Assembly (NCBI GenBank): GCA_951406725.2
Contig: OX597815.1
Span: 214,148,001-214,212,000, forward strand
Reading direction: 5' to 3'
Source of the DNA: Octopus vulgaris
Lineage: Eukaryota
DNA length: 64,000 bases
Under the pieces are notes generated by a model. It was not told the DNA's origin. It worked only from the letters and a program-made list of their open reading frames with translations, and made no database searches. A program made the translations under genes and the position numbers. The first letter of the stretch is position 1; each line of letters begins with the position of its first letter. This document shows, one piece after another, positions 24,438-39,376 of the stretch.

Positions 24438-24690
24438 ATCCATCCGTCCCTCCTTTTATCCATCTGTCCGTCCGTCCGTCCGTCCTTCTTTCCGTCCATC
24501 TATCAATCCATCCGTCCATTTATCCATTTATCCATCCGTCCATCCTTCCATCCATCCGTCCATCCTTCCATCTGAACTTCTGTACTCCTGTCCGTTCCTC
24601 TGTCCATCCTTCCACCATATATCTACTCTTCCAACCATCTCTCCGGCCGTCTATCTGTCCGTCCGTCAGTTTATCCGTTCGTCCGTCCTG
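24438..24690. repeat. Degenerate (TCCA/TCCG)n tetranucleotide tract
   Basis: Read directly. Confidence 0.85.
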
Positions 24691-25440
24691 CCATCAAATC
24701 ATTGCTGCAAGATTAGTAAACTTTGGACTATATTATCCAATATGTCTTTCCTTTCATGCAAGATAGTACAGTGTTGCATGAGGTACATTTATCTACTATT
24801 TCTAACAGATCAGGCAATCTCCCACGTACACACTTTGGTATTTATGTTATAATCTTGCTTAAGTTCTGACTTCATGTTCACATTGATATGAGTGTTTGTG
24901 CATGTGTATGTATTAATTTTCGCGTTAAGTGTACTTACTAGTTAATACTACAACGGATGGACCCTAGGTATCAGTTTTCATAGAATAGATTAAAGTTATT
25001 AGAAACATCGTTGAATCACCATTTAATATGAGTAGGTATCTCAGAATTCTTTTTTATTGGTGTTATGCTTACTATTCATTTGGTTTTTATAGAAAATAAT
25101 AAAATTCTGTTATCTTTGTTATAAGGGTGTTGCTGTTCGTGTTATATATATATTTTTTGGTGAAGTCACTTATGGCTTTGCCTCTAAATGTGTTTCAGCA
25201 GCCTAACAGCGAAGATGATTTTTGAGTTACTGTATAGCGTCGTTGCTAATGACACAATAACAAAACGTAACAGCCAGAAACTCGAAAAGATTAATGGGAA
25301 ATTTATTCAAATTAGTTATAGTTATGTCTTCAGCATGACACGACACAGACACACTCATACACAGGAATCAAATGTAAATATGCACAAAGATATACACACA
25401 TACATTTCCCCGCCACACACACTTACATGCACACACATGC

Positions 25441-25526
<86 letters not shown>

Positions 25527-25550
25527 GTATATATGCTAGATATATATATC

Positions 25551-26575
25551 TTCAGATCAACCAACAAAAACCAAAACAATAACAAGTGATACTTGTTTAT
25601 GTTTTGGTTTTGGTTGAGTTTGATCTGGAACAAACTTTGTGAGATGCGATTGACGACTGTCCATTTTTCGTGTTCATCCGTAATATATATAAATATTTTA
25701 ATCTTGATTCTTTCTTTACGATAAAATCAATTTTTACCCTAAATTTATTTATATTTATATGTTCACTGGTTCTACTGTTGGCCCTCTGATTGATGAAATG
25801 GTACTTTCAAGACAATGCACCATGGGAGAGATATTGCAGAAACAATATTGCTCTGTTTTCAGCAATCCTGATATGACTGAGTCAATACATATCGGACATA
25901 ACATTTGGCGCTCCTGATGTCTTAAAAAAAGGAATGAAGCATAATTCAGCAGTAGGTCCATAGGTTCCTCGTGTCTTGAATATGGATGCTGATATATACC
26001 AGAGGACTCTATCCCACGTCCAATCTCACCACCTCATATCATCAAATCGTATGACTCACTTTCGAACCCAACCAATGATTCCGTAATGGAGAGATTGCCT
26101 GACGCAGCTACGCATCATGACATTTGAGAGCCTTGGAGAAGGTTCCAACACTGAAAAGGGTTGATCATAAGATCCTTTGAGAAAGCTGTCCATTGGTGTC
26201 ATGAAAGTTGCGTGGATCAATAAGAACCCACATGTGGTAGTCGAAGGAGTTCTCAGCAGTGGTGTCTCACAAACGTGTTGGGCCCACTTCTCTTCATCAT
26301 CAATAAATGATATTACTGATACCATCAGTAACATCAGAACTGATGACTCAAAAACCAAAAAATGGAAAGAATAAACAAGTTTATCACTTGTTTATTGTTT
26401 TGGTTGGCATCACCTTTTTGTGTTGAGTTTGATCTGATTTTCGTCGCTTTAACTGCGACCGCGACAAAAACCGCTCGGATTTTGTCAGTGAACAGGTCGC
26501 GGTTTCTTAACTGAATTGTTTTCGTTTGCACACGATCTCAGATCAAATCACTTGTATGCAGGTACATCTCCGTAA
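25551..26575. mobile_element. Unclassified (TA)n-embedded element(s) with two related hairpin-bearing segments
   Basis: 25551-25683 and 26333-26574 share ACAAGT..ACTTGTTTAT.GTTTTGGTT...TTGAGTTTGATCTG, and both end CCGTAA-(TA)n. Confidence 0.45.
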
Positions 26576-27349
26576 TATATATATATATATATATGTTACG
26601 TTTATATATTTGTTTTGAGATTTTTATAGACGTGTGTTGACAGATATTGTTGTATTTAGGAATGGTTTTTGCACCAAATATATAGTGCGTGTGTTATATT
26701 ACATCCACATTTGAGCCATTTGTAGCTGTTTAACACCCAGAACAGGAGCTGTGTTAGGAGATGCTGGGTGTCAGACAGCAAGTCATTTTCTTCAAGGAAC
26801 ATGAAGTTTCGCGGACTATTCGTTCCATGACTTGTGATCTGTGAGGTCGAGGCATACCCTCTTTCAATTTGACTGCGAGCTTACCACTTGCAAGAGCTCT
26901 TTGACGTCTAGTGTGATATCATCATCTTCGATGTTGTTATCTAGCATGGAAACTTAAAGAAAGCTTTAGGGTTTGATTTTATATTTTCTATTGATCTGCT
27001 CTCTCCTTTTCATGGGACTGATGCAGACTTTTTCAGTTTCATTAGTTCACTTTTGGTGTGTCAGCGGTTCGCAACCTTTCCGTCGTCTCATAAGAATCTT
27101 CCTTCTAGATATATAAATATTTTAATCTTCGGATTCTTTTCTTTAATATGCTTTTGTTCCATACATAGAATCTATTAGACCACTGCATCACATTAACATT
27201 ATGAATGTTATATATATATGTATATATATATGTATATACATATATATATACACTTTCATATATAAATATCATATATATACATATATATTCATATATATAT
27301 ATACAAATACATCTGTATACATATATATATACATGATAAATATCAATTT

Positions 27350-27412
27350 TTATTGCATGATGTGGAAAATATTCCATCAGCATTGCCCAAATGATGTTGG
27401 CATCACCTTTAG
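27350..27412 (+). mobile_element. Small fragment of the 12443 LINE family
   Basis: [19 protein letters not shown] versus CTMWRIYHQHCPNDHNISF. Confidence 0.75.
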
Positions 27413-27457
27413 TACTAAATTTAATTTTATATTTATATGTAAACAATAACTCTCTAC

Positions 27458-28230
<773 letters not shown>

Positions 28231-28351
28231 ATACACACAGCACCTTTAGCAATAAATATAATGTTTAAAATTTGTACCTTTTATTTTTATTGCAATTTTG
28301 TTTAAATACACATTTGTATACTACCTACGTTATTTTTGTGTGAATAAGCTT

Positions 28352-28382
<31 letters not shown>

Positions 28383-28780
28383 CTTATATATTTATATTTC
28401 TATAAATATAATTATCAAAAGGTGACTGAATATTTTCTCATGTGGCACACTATAGCACCAGTAATCATGTTGAAATGTTTCGACATACCAAGTTCAACTG
28501 ACTAGGACGGCCCGAGCAGCTGGAAGTGTGTGTGGCAAGAAGTAGACGAACTAAGCTTGAATCCCCGAATAGTGGCACTCGGGAGATAGTGTTGTAGTTA
28601 AATGACTGTAGTAGTAAGGTGTGTGAAGACGATGGTGGAAGAGAAGAATAGGGGAGAGAAAGAAGCGGGATGTGACGAGGGGACATTAACTCTGTCATGC
28701 CGTGTTGCCGCTATAGCGGGAATAGGTTGATCGTCATCTCTGCCGGATTCCCGGTAAAGCAATAATAAGCAACACACAGA

Positions 28781-28996
28781 CGAGAGGGTGCTGAAAAGTT
28801 CTTGACTTTGGGTAAAAAAAAAAAAATACAGGAAGATCAGTTGTGATTTTATTCAATATATTCCCCTCTCAGATTCACACACTTAATGCAGCGGTCGTTC
28901 AGTTTTTCTAAGCCCTGTAAAAGAACTCGGAAAGTTCGGCCTCCTACCTGGCCTTTCGCGACACTCTTCAAGCCAAGAACATTTCAGCACCCCACT
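28781..28996. mobile_element. Mariner-type MITE, second copy
   Basis: CGAGAGGGTGCTGAAAAGTT...ATTTCAGCACCCC; internal sequence closely matches 8821-9020. Confidence 0.8.
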
Positions 28997-29351
28997 GTGC
29001 AAAAAAGAAAAAAAAAGACACATCCGATTCAGTCCATTAATTTGTCTTCAATCATTACACTTGAGCTGTATCTGCAACTATTTATATTTTTGCTCCGGAG
29101 CCGAGGTGGAGGATAAACCTCATACTGCAGTTGTTAATCGGTGTATATTGAGGCTAAAGTAACTTTTGAACCGTTCTGTTGAATGGAACAAAGTCGACAG
29201 TTATAATAAGAGAACAGCATGACTAAAAGAAACCCCCAAAGAGAGAAATCTATATTCAAGCCTAGAACAAGGAATGGGAAAAGAAAAGAAGCGTGTTCGT
29301 GAATGAAATAAGTGTGTGTGTGTGTGAATGTGCAATATATGTGTGTATTTG

Positions 29352-29710
29352 TGGAGGCGCAATGGCCCAGGGTTTAGGGCAGCGGACTCGCGCTCATAGG
29401 ATCGCGGTTTCGATTCCCAGACCGGGCGTTGTGAATGTTTATTGAGCGAAAACACCTAAAGCTCCACGACGCTCCGGCAGAGGGTCATAGCGAACCCCTG
29501 CGGTACTCTTTCACCACAACTTTCTCTCACTCTTACTTCCTGTTCTTCTTGTACCTGTATTTCAAAGTGTCACGCTGAATCTCCCCGAGAGCTACGATAA
29601 GAGTACACGTGTCTGTGGATTGCTCAGCCATTTGCACGTTAATTTCACGAGCAGGCTGTTCCATTGATCGGGTCAACTGGAACCCTCGTCGTCGTAATCG
29701 ACGGAGTGCC
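29352..29710 (+). mobile_element. SINE head B with tail T1
   Basis: GGAGGCGCAATGGCCCAG...GGTTTCGATTCCC head; tail ends GACGGAGTGCC. Confidence 0.87.
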
Positions 29711-29959
29711 ATATATATATATTTACGGGATTGAGGTTACTCTTCCAGAAATATTGTTCATTTGATAACAATGGCACTCTTCTTTATTTGCTGCTGCTAA
29801 TAATAATAATAATAATAATAATATTTATAATGTGCTTATTTTAGTGGCCTATCGATTGATACAGTGTATTTCTTTGTCCTAGGTGTCGGGAAGACACTCG
29901 GCGGGAAACGGAAGCAAAATTGAAAAAAGAAACATTTATAATAATAAAGATAATCGTCT

Positions 29960-30140
29960 GAAATTATGGCACAAGACGAGTAAGTTCGACGGGAGGGGGC
30001 AAGTCTATTACATCGACCCCAGTGCTCAGCTGGTACTTATTTTATCGACCCAAAAGGATGAAATGCAAAATACACCTCGGCGGAATTTGAATTGAAAACG
30101 TGAAGGTGGAAGAAACATCTCGAAAAATTTTGTCTGGTAA
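29960..30140 (-). mobile_element. Decayed SINE family A
   Basis: CTGGTACTTATTTTATCGACCCAAAAGGATGAAA...CGGCGGAATTTGAA. Confidence 0.7.
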
Positions 30141-33100
30141 TAAATACTACTACTACTACTACTGATAATACTATTACTCTTACTACTAATGTTGCTGCTA
30201 CGACTATCAACTACTACAATGAAGGCGATGACTACTACCACCACTACCACCACCATCACAACGACGATACGTGAATGAGAGAAACTCTAGATGGGTACAT
30301 AAGCTTCTGGAAAGAGCAGTCATGTCTCCTTGAAATTATACTGTAGCATTCTTTTCTTTTGTTTTCCCAATAAAATGGAAGGACACTGTCGATAATGTAG
30401 ACCTACGTACACGAAGCGTAAATAAGTGACAGAGGGTCTCGGATGAAATGTAATCGATCTTCTGTCAATCAAATTAGGGCTGATCTACTGTCATAACAAC
30501 CATAACCACTATAGCTGCAGCTGCTGCTGCTGCAAAATTGAAAGGAAGAGGAGAAAAGCTACAATGAATCCAGATACCTAGAGTGTATTTTACGGAATGC
30601 TGAAAATTTCAACAATGAATTATGTTACTAAAAATAAACGGATACATAAAACGTAAACAGTTATTAAAATTCTGCAAAAATGAAGTCATTTCGTCTATAT
30701 GCTTGTAAATAGGTACATAAAGAATACCAAAAACAACTAAAAAAAAGATGGAAAGTAAAAGGAAAAAAGAAGTAAATATAAAAATATATAGTAAAGATAG
30801 TAAAGAAGAAACAAAAAGCTAAAAACAGGAGAAATTCTCCAATTCAGCAGAATTCCGCCATTTATAGCTTAGTTGATGGAAACTGATCTTGTTTCGAGGG
30901 AAGCCTACGTCACGAAGCTTCTGTTGGGTTTAAGTTTCTTTTCTGGAAGCGTCTGCTATGGAAATACCAATCTTTCAGAGAAGCGTGCAAAATATACAAA
31001 AATAAATATATAAATACAAAAACAAAGAGATCAACAACAAAAAGAAACTAATAATAATGATAACAACAACAACAACAGTTGCTGTCCTTTGGGAAGGATT
31101 TCGTTATCAATTCTGTATTTTTAGTCCTTTCCGAAGCATATAAAAGATATGTATATCAAATCAGAAACAAACTAGCGAGCAAGTGTAGACAACTAACCAT
31201 ATATTGTTATTATTGTTGTGGTTGTTGTTACTGTGATTATTATTATTATTATTATTATTATTATTGTTGTTGTTGTTGTTGTTATTGTACGTTTCAAAAC
31301 ATGAAGAGGAGGAGAAATTGATCAGTCTGTATGGGAATGGTAATTTTACGTTGTTGCTGTTGTCAAAATGTGTTATATCAGTAAAGCGGAACAATAGAAA
31401 GAAAGAAACAAGCAAACAAACAAGTAAAGAAGGAAGTAAAGAAAAAAGAAAGACACGAAAAACAAAAACGGACATGAAACAGTAAAGTCTCTTACAACTT
31501 GCTCACACTGTCAACAAACGCTACTATATTCAAACATGGAAAAGATTAACAAAAGTAGCACCAATCATCGCAAGTAAAAAAATATATATAAAAAAATGAA
31601 GTGAAGAAAAAAAATACTTTGAAATGGTTTATATTGAATAAAGAAATTTTGTAATTTTATTATTATTTTTTTGCTTCTTTCTTCGTTTTGTTGATTTACT
31701 TTTATTTTATTTTTAAAAAAATAATTTAATGTCGGTTTGTGTTTTGTTTTCGGATTTTGTTATTGCGGGTCTCTGTTGTAATTCTAATACATGTTGTGGC
31801 ATTACATCCACACTTGAGTTTGTAAAGTTTTATGGGCCAGAAAATGATTGAAATATTCAATTTCCATGCTCAGCTATTTGTTTGCGATTCTCTATTACGT
31901 AGTAGTGATTTCGTCTACAGAATTGGTTCAACCCAACTTATATTTTTATTTTTTCATATCATTGTATTTTTCTGTTGCAGAAGTTCCTGTAATATTATAC
32001 ATGTTTAATGGTGGTTTCTGTTCAAATATTAATTCTCAGTATAGTACACAGCTTCTATAGTCTTCTTTATTTAAAATATCAAACCGATATGAAGTTAGCT
32101 GTAACTGTTTATGTCTCATCAGTTGTGTGATTGTTTGGTTTAAAATCACTAGAGTTAGAACAATTTATATTTTTATTAATAATTCTTTGAACTTTTTAGT
32201 CAGGAGAGAAGAAAATAACTATAACTCTTAGAAAACCTTCGAGACAAGCGGAAGGAAGATAGAGAAGACAGCATCTTCAAATCGGAGACATGGACCTAAT
32301 GCTTGCTACAAAGTAGATTTTTTTCGGAGTTATACTTTGTCAGCAAGCGATCTGATTGTTTCAGAACAAGATAAATTGGTACATCGTAGTAGAGTTACGA
32401 TAGTCATTTAGAAGACCGTACTATACGATTTATATTTGCTTTTCGTCTTATTTACTGAGAGCCTTCTATGTACTATAAAGCGTCAAAATATTTCGCTGTG
32501 CATCTAACGATTTGGTCACTGATATAATTCCACTACATGCATTACAGTTCTTCCGTATCTGACTTGCATTCGCCCAACTTTATACTATACAATACTACCA
32601 CGAACAAATGTGAGTAGTAAAACGGCTTAAGTGTTTTTGTGTTTGTTATGACTCATCCATGAGGACAATGGTGTTACGACTGGTATATAGTGTCGTTTTT
32701 AAACTGACTGCTTACAACCACCACCACCACCACCACCACCATCGCTACTAGAAATTACTACGGTAACATTTTGTTCCTGCTCTTTGTTAATGAAAGAGCA
32801 AAATAGCTTTATATTCTTCTTCCTTCGCCATGGTACTAAATGACTTTAAAACCATCTTAAATTTATTATACATTGCTATATGTCCACAGCTGTAGACAAT
32901 TGTTAATTATATTTTATATTAGATATTTTCCCATTTGTTTTCTTTCATACGAAGTCAAGAATCAAGTTTTATCGTATGCTGCGTGAATTGCATGCGAACC
33001 GAAATGTAGTTGAAATATTTTAGCATAAACACCGTAATTGCATAACAATACAATTTCCTTCAGGAAGTGGCGACGCTAATAGTTATTAGAATAACATTAA

Positions 33101-33589
33101 AGTCGAATATTGAACACATCTGTAAATGAAAATAATCCTTCGCTTTAGGTTACTAAATACTATTTCTGATTATGTTAGGTAATTGGAGAAGGTGCTTATC
33201 GAACGCAACCCTCACTTCTTTTTTTATAATGTATCAGGAAGTTCTCTCATTCATTCGTGTCAGACTTGTACTATTGTGCTTTTGTTCTAGCTCCTGTCAT
33301 AAAAAAAAAATGTTCTTTTGTCTGAATTTGGGTTATCAATAAAACATGTGTGTGTGAATTTAATCATGTGTATAAGACAATGAGTTTATTATGTGGGCGG
33401 TGTGTGTGTGTGTGTGTGTGTGTGTCCGTGTGTGTCCGTGTGTCCTCCTCTGTCAGCTGAAACTCATTAACTATCTATTTATCATCAAAAGTAATAAGGA
33501 TCCATGGCTGCGTCATTAAACGGAAGTCCGACAATCATGTCAGCCGTCGATGATGGCAATAAGAGTGAAAGCAACGATGTTGACGCTGA

Positions 33590-33686
33590 AGATGATATTG
33601 AGGACGATGAAGATGGTGATGATGATGGTGATGATGATGGTGATGATGATAAGGAGGAGGAGGAGGAGGAGGAGGAGGAGGAGGAT
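33590..33686. repeat. (GAT/GGT)n(GAG)n trinucleotide tract
   Basis: Read directly. Confidence 0.9.
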
Positions 33687-33904
33687 GTAATGAATATTTT
33701 CAACTTCATTTTTGTTGCTCAAATCAAGTCTGATGAAGTAGACCCCTATTCAAAGAATGTCCTTCATCAGATAGCTTGTTTCAATTGTAAAAGACAACAG
33801 GCTTTGAATTGAGGGATATCATACTCCAGCTTCTAGCGATTCAATCGGTCATATAGTACTTCTCTCGTTGAGACACAAACAGAGGTCTGCAAAATAATAA
33901 CGAT

Positions 33905-34080
33905 GATTTCAAATTTTGTCACAAGGCCAGCAATTTTGAGGGAAGAGATAAATCGAATCCATCAACCCCTTTGTTCGAATGGTTCTTATGTTATCGATCC
34001 CCTCGGCGGAACTTGAACTCAGAACGTAAAGACGGATGAAATATTGCTAAGCAGTTTGGTTGGCGTGTTAACGATTCTGA
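33905..34080 (-). mobile_element. Decayed SINE family A
   Basis: CAAATTTTGTCACAAGGCCAGCAATTT tail and GGCGGAACTTGAACTCAGAACGTAAAGACGG. Confidence 0.7.
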
Positions 34081-34172
34081 TAATAACGACAATACACTAT
34101 TTACAAAATAAAACAAGAGTTATCTAATCTTATTTTCTTATGTTAACCACATTTCCAGCAGAATCATTCACA

Positions 34173-34175
<3 letters not shown>

Positions 34176-34228
<53 letters not shown>

Positions 34229-34349
34229 TATACAAGTAACTATATACTTATCCATATGTCTTACGCACTATTAACATCTCTATTTCTATACACAGACACA
34301 AACATTCATATATCTTTAAATTACATATATTTATGTATTCATATCCACA

Positions 34350-34424
<75 letters not shown>

Positions 34425-34577
34425 TGTATACATTCCATACGTAAACACATATCAGCTGTTTCATAAATAAAGATGCATTCCCCATTAAAGAAATGATTAA
34501 ATACTGCCTTATTTATGGGACACCTGCTGTATACACACACATACACATATATATTTATATGCTATATATATATATGC

Positions 34578-34614
<37 letters not shown>

Positions 34615-34785
34615 ATATATATATGTATGTATATATATGTGTATATATACATATATATACATGTGTGCATATATAATAAATCACAGTGGTTAATTGCGCG
34701 CACACACGCACGCACACACATACAGACACATATATATGCATACGTACATGTACATATATATATAGAGAGGCACACACTCAAAATG

Positions 34786-34817
<32 letters not shown>

Positions 34818-34842
34818 TGTATGTATGTGTGTATGTATGTAT
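34176..34842. repeat. (CA)n, (TA)n and (TATG)n microsatellite cluster
   Basis: Read directly. Confidence 0.9.
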
Positions 34843-35410
34843 TCGGCAGTGGTAATCTAATTTGATATTTGATTTCACAGAAACCATTTTTAAAGCGTTT
34901 CATTCCCATATTTCTTTAAATATTATTCCAGCTCACCGGGGAAACCGCCACACAACGTTCGTTTACATACGCAGCGGGTCTCATGCACTCGAGCGCACCC
35001 TTTTAGCATAATAAACTAATTGCTCTAAAAGACCATGTGGGATGAGAATTGTCACTCGTTTCTTTCCCGCCATACAAGAAATGATGGCTCAGTGCGCAAA
35101 ACCTTCGCTAAACGTCATTAATTTTGGCAAACAGTAAAATGACACTTGTTTTGTTGATATGACTGCTATCGTAAGTCTCATTCTCTTCCTCCCAGTAACT
35201 GTGCTTCTCTCTATTTCCCTCTTGCTTGTTTTTCTTTTTCTTTTAGCTCCGTTTTTTTTGTTTCTTTCTTTTTTCCTTTCCGTACCTCGAACCATTCACT
35301 GTTTCTTTCGGTCTCTGGTTTGCTTCGTCTTTCCATATTTTCAAGCTTTTTCTCTCTCCTTATCCAACTATTGATGGCACCTCTTTACGATCTATGACTA
35401 TAATCCCCCA

Positions 35411-35492
<82 letters not shown>

Positions 35493-35494
35493 AT

Positions 35495-35651
35495 ACGACG
35501 GGCTTCTTTCAGTTTCCGTCAACCAAATTCACTCAACAAGGCTTTGTTCAGCCTGAGGCTATAGAAGAAGACACTTGCCCAAGATGCCACACAGTGGGAC
35601 TGAACCCGGAACCATATGGTCGGGAAGCAAGCTTCTTACCACACAGCAACT
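35495..35651 (-). mobile_element. SINE family D, tRNA-like 5' half, running into a microsatellite
   Basis: Minus strand GCTGTGTGGTAAGAAGCTTGCTTCCC...GGGTTCAGTCCCACTG...TGAAAGAAGCCCGTCGTAT. Confidence 0.8.
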
Positions 35652-36056
35652 ACTCTGTGGGTGTGACCTTTCTGACGACTTTTAAGTCATGTCTTACTTA
35701 GACAGACACGCCACCATTCGTTACATGATAAACTGGGTTGTGCGCCTACATACTCAAGCAAATTCACATCAAGGCCCTTAAACTCATCTCTTTTGAGCTG
35801 CTCATGCTTTGATGCGTATTTGCACAAATTTCCTTCTCCCATCTTGCTCTACTTTCCTCCTCGATCAACGATTTACAATGAAGTTTTCCCATTCATTTTT
35901 CAACATTTTGACCTTCAGTCTATTCTTGATGCATTTTTTTAAACTTCAGTTTCGGTTTGTGCGCTGGTCTTTTACTCTTGGCGAAATCATCACACAGAAA
36001 TTACTTACGGAACTGATCATACGTATATACATACGGATATATGTATGTGTATATGC

Positions 36057-36121
<65 letters not shown>

Positions 36122-36455
36122 GGGTAAAGGGTAAAGACCCACTTCGGTTACGAATGATCATGAGACTGTTCTTAGTTCCCTTCCAAGGCACAAGCCCAGA
36201 CAAGGTTGTTTGTGAAAGACCACCGGTCGCCCCCGTATGTCTCTCCTCTCCACGCCATCGATGTTATCCAAGGGAAAGGCAAAGACCGATATAGCTTGGC
36301 ACCAGTGACGTCGCAACTCATTTCTACCGCTGAGAGAACTGGAGCGACGCGAACTAAGGTGTTCACTTCAACAATACACAATCCAGTCCGGGAATCGAAC
36401 TCACAACCCCACCATTATAAGCCCGACTCTCTAACCACTGAGCCATGCGCCTTCA
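36122..36455 (-). mobile_element. SINE head C with tail T3
   Basis: Minus strand TGAAGGCGCATGGCTCAGTGGTTAGAG...GAGTTCGATTCCCGG; tail matches 58878-59210. Confidence 0.8.
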
Positions 36456-36478
36456 CATACATATATATATATACTTAT

Positions 36479-37148
36479 GTCAGCTCACTGGTAACATGAA
36501 ATCCTGTAGAACTTGTTGCGTGGTCGGATCGTCGGTAACTAAACCACCACCTCCCAGCTAGTCTTGCTGGTGAGGGCGGTTGCTAGAGACTCAGTAGGAC
36601 TAAAACCAAAACTTGTCAAAAAACAGATGAACCAAGTGTAGGTTCCACGATTATGTAGCAATAGCACGGGCCGTCATAAATTCCCACTCTGCCAGTCTGG
36701 AAAACCTCTCGGAGTGAGGCATCCCTCAGCTTTTGTTAAAGCATGTCTCTGAGAGGTCACTCTAATATAAAACTGGATATGCAAAGAATGACGTTGGACA
36801 TTTGGGATATATTTTGCTTCTGCTTGAGATCATGGCGCCCCAAATTCTTGAGCCTGCGATACACATTGGTACTGGATATCTCGCACTAGCTTGTCTCCGG
36901 ATCATGTTAATAGGGTGAAGAAGTCTGTGAGGTATTGGACCTACAATGTTAGGTTACGCGATGAGCAGCGTAGTGATTTTCCGGTGACTGTTCGAGTGTA
37001 GGAGGCCGCTGCGTCGATAATAGAAGCCGTAGGCGGGAGCCCGGGGGAAGTCGACCGTGGGTGAAATAACCCTATGCACAGGCATTGCTGGCATTTTGCA
37101 TCGGCAACGGTCCGTAATGGTCTTCCTCAATCACGAGTGGTCAGCCAT
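36479..37148 (+). mobile_element. Probable internally deleted RTE-type non-LTR element
   Basis: GC-richer block between (TA)n tracts; KSVRYWTYNVRLRD near 36920-36965 resembles the GTxNVR start of RTE AP-endonucleases; ends ATGGTCTTCC...CAGCCATC. Confidence 0.4.
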
Positions 37149-39122
37149 CATATATGCACACACACATATGTATATGCATGCACGTTTTTGCATCGACGAA
37201 TGAATGGATATTCTAGTAAAATTTATAATTTCCACACTCTTCTTTCCTCTGTTTTATTTTTCACATCAACGTTCTTGTTTCAATTGCAGTTTTTACACGT
37301 TTCTCTTTTTTTGTCCTCTTCCTCTCGTCTATTTCCTGTATTCTTCCCCACCTCCATGATCTCTAAATACATCTCTATAGTATTACACCGATTGTAATCA
37401 ATGTATGATATGTTTAATTAATTACTTGATTAATTAATTTAATATCGGAGATAATGAGAGAATTTGTTCGTTTTCCATAGCGTTGGGCGAATAAGCTGCA
37501 TGCGTATCTCAGATATAAATTTAATTTACTTTCGTTTAAATCAACATTAAGATAAGCATCAAAACCTTGCATAAAAGTACTCTGAAGCAATCAATTAAAA
37601 TACTTTTGCTGGCATTGCTGCGTGGTTTACAATCTCGCTTTACAACGATGTGCATTCGAGGTCAGTTCCACGGCACGGCACTTTGGGTGTTTTCTACCAT
37701 AGCCCTGGTTCGACCAATGCCCGAATTATGTAGACAGAAACGCTATGGAAATCAGTCGAATACATACATACATACATACACACACTCACACACACACATA
37801 CATAGATGTTAACAATATCCCCATTTGTCGCTTGTACTCAATTTCAAGTGAGTGAACATGAAAAGAAATGTCTTATTTTTTTCAAAAAACTAAAAAAACA
37901 AACAAACACGCGGTCTAGGAATAGAACTCGCAACCCAGTTCTCATAGTCCAACATAGGAGATACTACACACCTTCCCAATTACTACTCTATTGATCCACG
38001 AATACACAGCCAGAAACTCACATCTAATTACATAAGCACCCCACATGTCAATCGCTAAATCCTATCTTTAATCTACCTCTGCATTCATGTCTCTCAACTT
38101 TTCACTAACAGACCCCCTGCCTTATAATGTAAACACCACCCAATTCCACTTAAGTCTAGGACAATCTTTACTAATTTTTATGTTATTTTTATATGCTTAT
38201 TTATTCTTTGTATTTTTACTGCAAAAATAGTCAGAAAATAGAGCAAGAAGTTACCTATTGGATGACTGCTATTAAAAGACACAAACTGTGAAACTGAAGG
38301 CGTGATTCGGTCTTCATTTCAGATACAAATTACGAACACTTAATTCTTGTGTCTATTCAGTTCAAAAGCTGGGCAGGATTTAAAGGAGAGACCAATATGG
38401 TTGGAAGTTATCAGTCACCATTATCTATTGCACCACACTAAGTCATTGTTATTCATATTTACGAGATATAAGATTGTTTACATTCAAGAACTTATATCTT
38501 AATGTGACAAAAATACGATAGTAGGACTAAAAGGTATTATTGATTAAATTGAAATGAAGTCCCACGTACTGGGCTTGAAACCTGACCAGATGTCTTACTG
38601 AGAACTAATCTGTGCTTCACAAAGTTTCTTACGACAGTTCAAATCTAAATCTATTTTGTAAAAGTAATCTTTACAGACTATCCTTTTAACCAGTGAACGA
38701 ACAGCTTTTTACTGTCTTTCACAATTCCTACTTCCTTTCAACTAACTTTGTCTCCATGACCCCAATTCTTTAATTCAAACAATTCCGCAAATAACATTTA
38801 TGAGCTCAAATTCATCACATTTCTTATCAACTGTAGGTTATGTTTTATTCAACATGCAGCAACGGATCTTTGCAACGCAGTTCTTACAATCAATAGCCCC
38901 CAAGTGAACTTTTTTTCAAAACAAATATTGACGTTGTTAAATCTATCAGCTTAAGTTAATCTCTACGACCTCCAAATCTTAAGAAGTCGTTTTCTTTCTA
39001 ATGTCTTGCAAATTATAACATGAACGTAAAATACATGCAACGAAGATTGTACCCGATCAGGAAAGATAGCCACACGGATTACTGCCACTTACCTCGTCTG
39101 AGCTCCAATGAATAATTTATAG

Positions 39123-39376
39123 CGCTGGTTCTCATCCATTTTCTTCTTATGGGCCCCTTTGGTTTCTATTTTATTCTACTGGATCTCCCATAGCCATTTG
39201 TTGTATATAGAAAATGCCACTGTATTTTTATAAGTAAATATTATCAGGGATTATATAAAAAATTAAAATATTTTGTACATTGTAGAAGAATAAGGAATTT
39301 ATTGCACGTAAATTTCAATAACAAAATCTTATATGGGCCCTCAAAGGCCATAATGAACTCCGTTAGAGAACCACTG
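39123..39376. mobile_element. hAT (Charlie-like) MITE
   Basis: CGCTGGTTCTCA...GAGAACCACTG termini; perfect 8-bp TSD ATTTATAG at 39115-39122 and 39377-39384. Confidence 0.82.

Noticed and set aside
26594-27198. Solo LTR (TGTTA...TAACA)
   Set aside because: Short termini can arise by chance beside (TA)n; no TSD, PBS or second copy seen
30830-30990. Unique block with CCGCCAT and TACGTCA motifs as promoter or miRNA
   Set aside because: No convincing hairpin; the minus-strand ATG closes after 5 codons; motifs too short to support a call
33504-33812. Acidic 102-aa ORF
   Set aside because: Core is GAT/GAG microsatellite and the remainder resembles decayed repeat; no domain or splice support
36480-36615. 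HDV-like ribozyme in the RTE-like 5' region
   Set aside because: Candidate P3, P4 and GACUAA are visible but I could not form P1 or P2; needs testing on a family consensus
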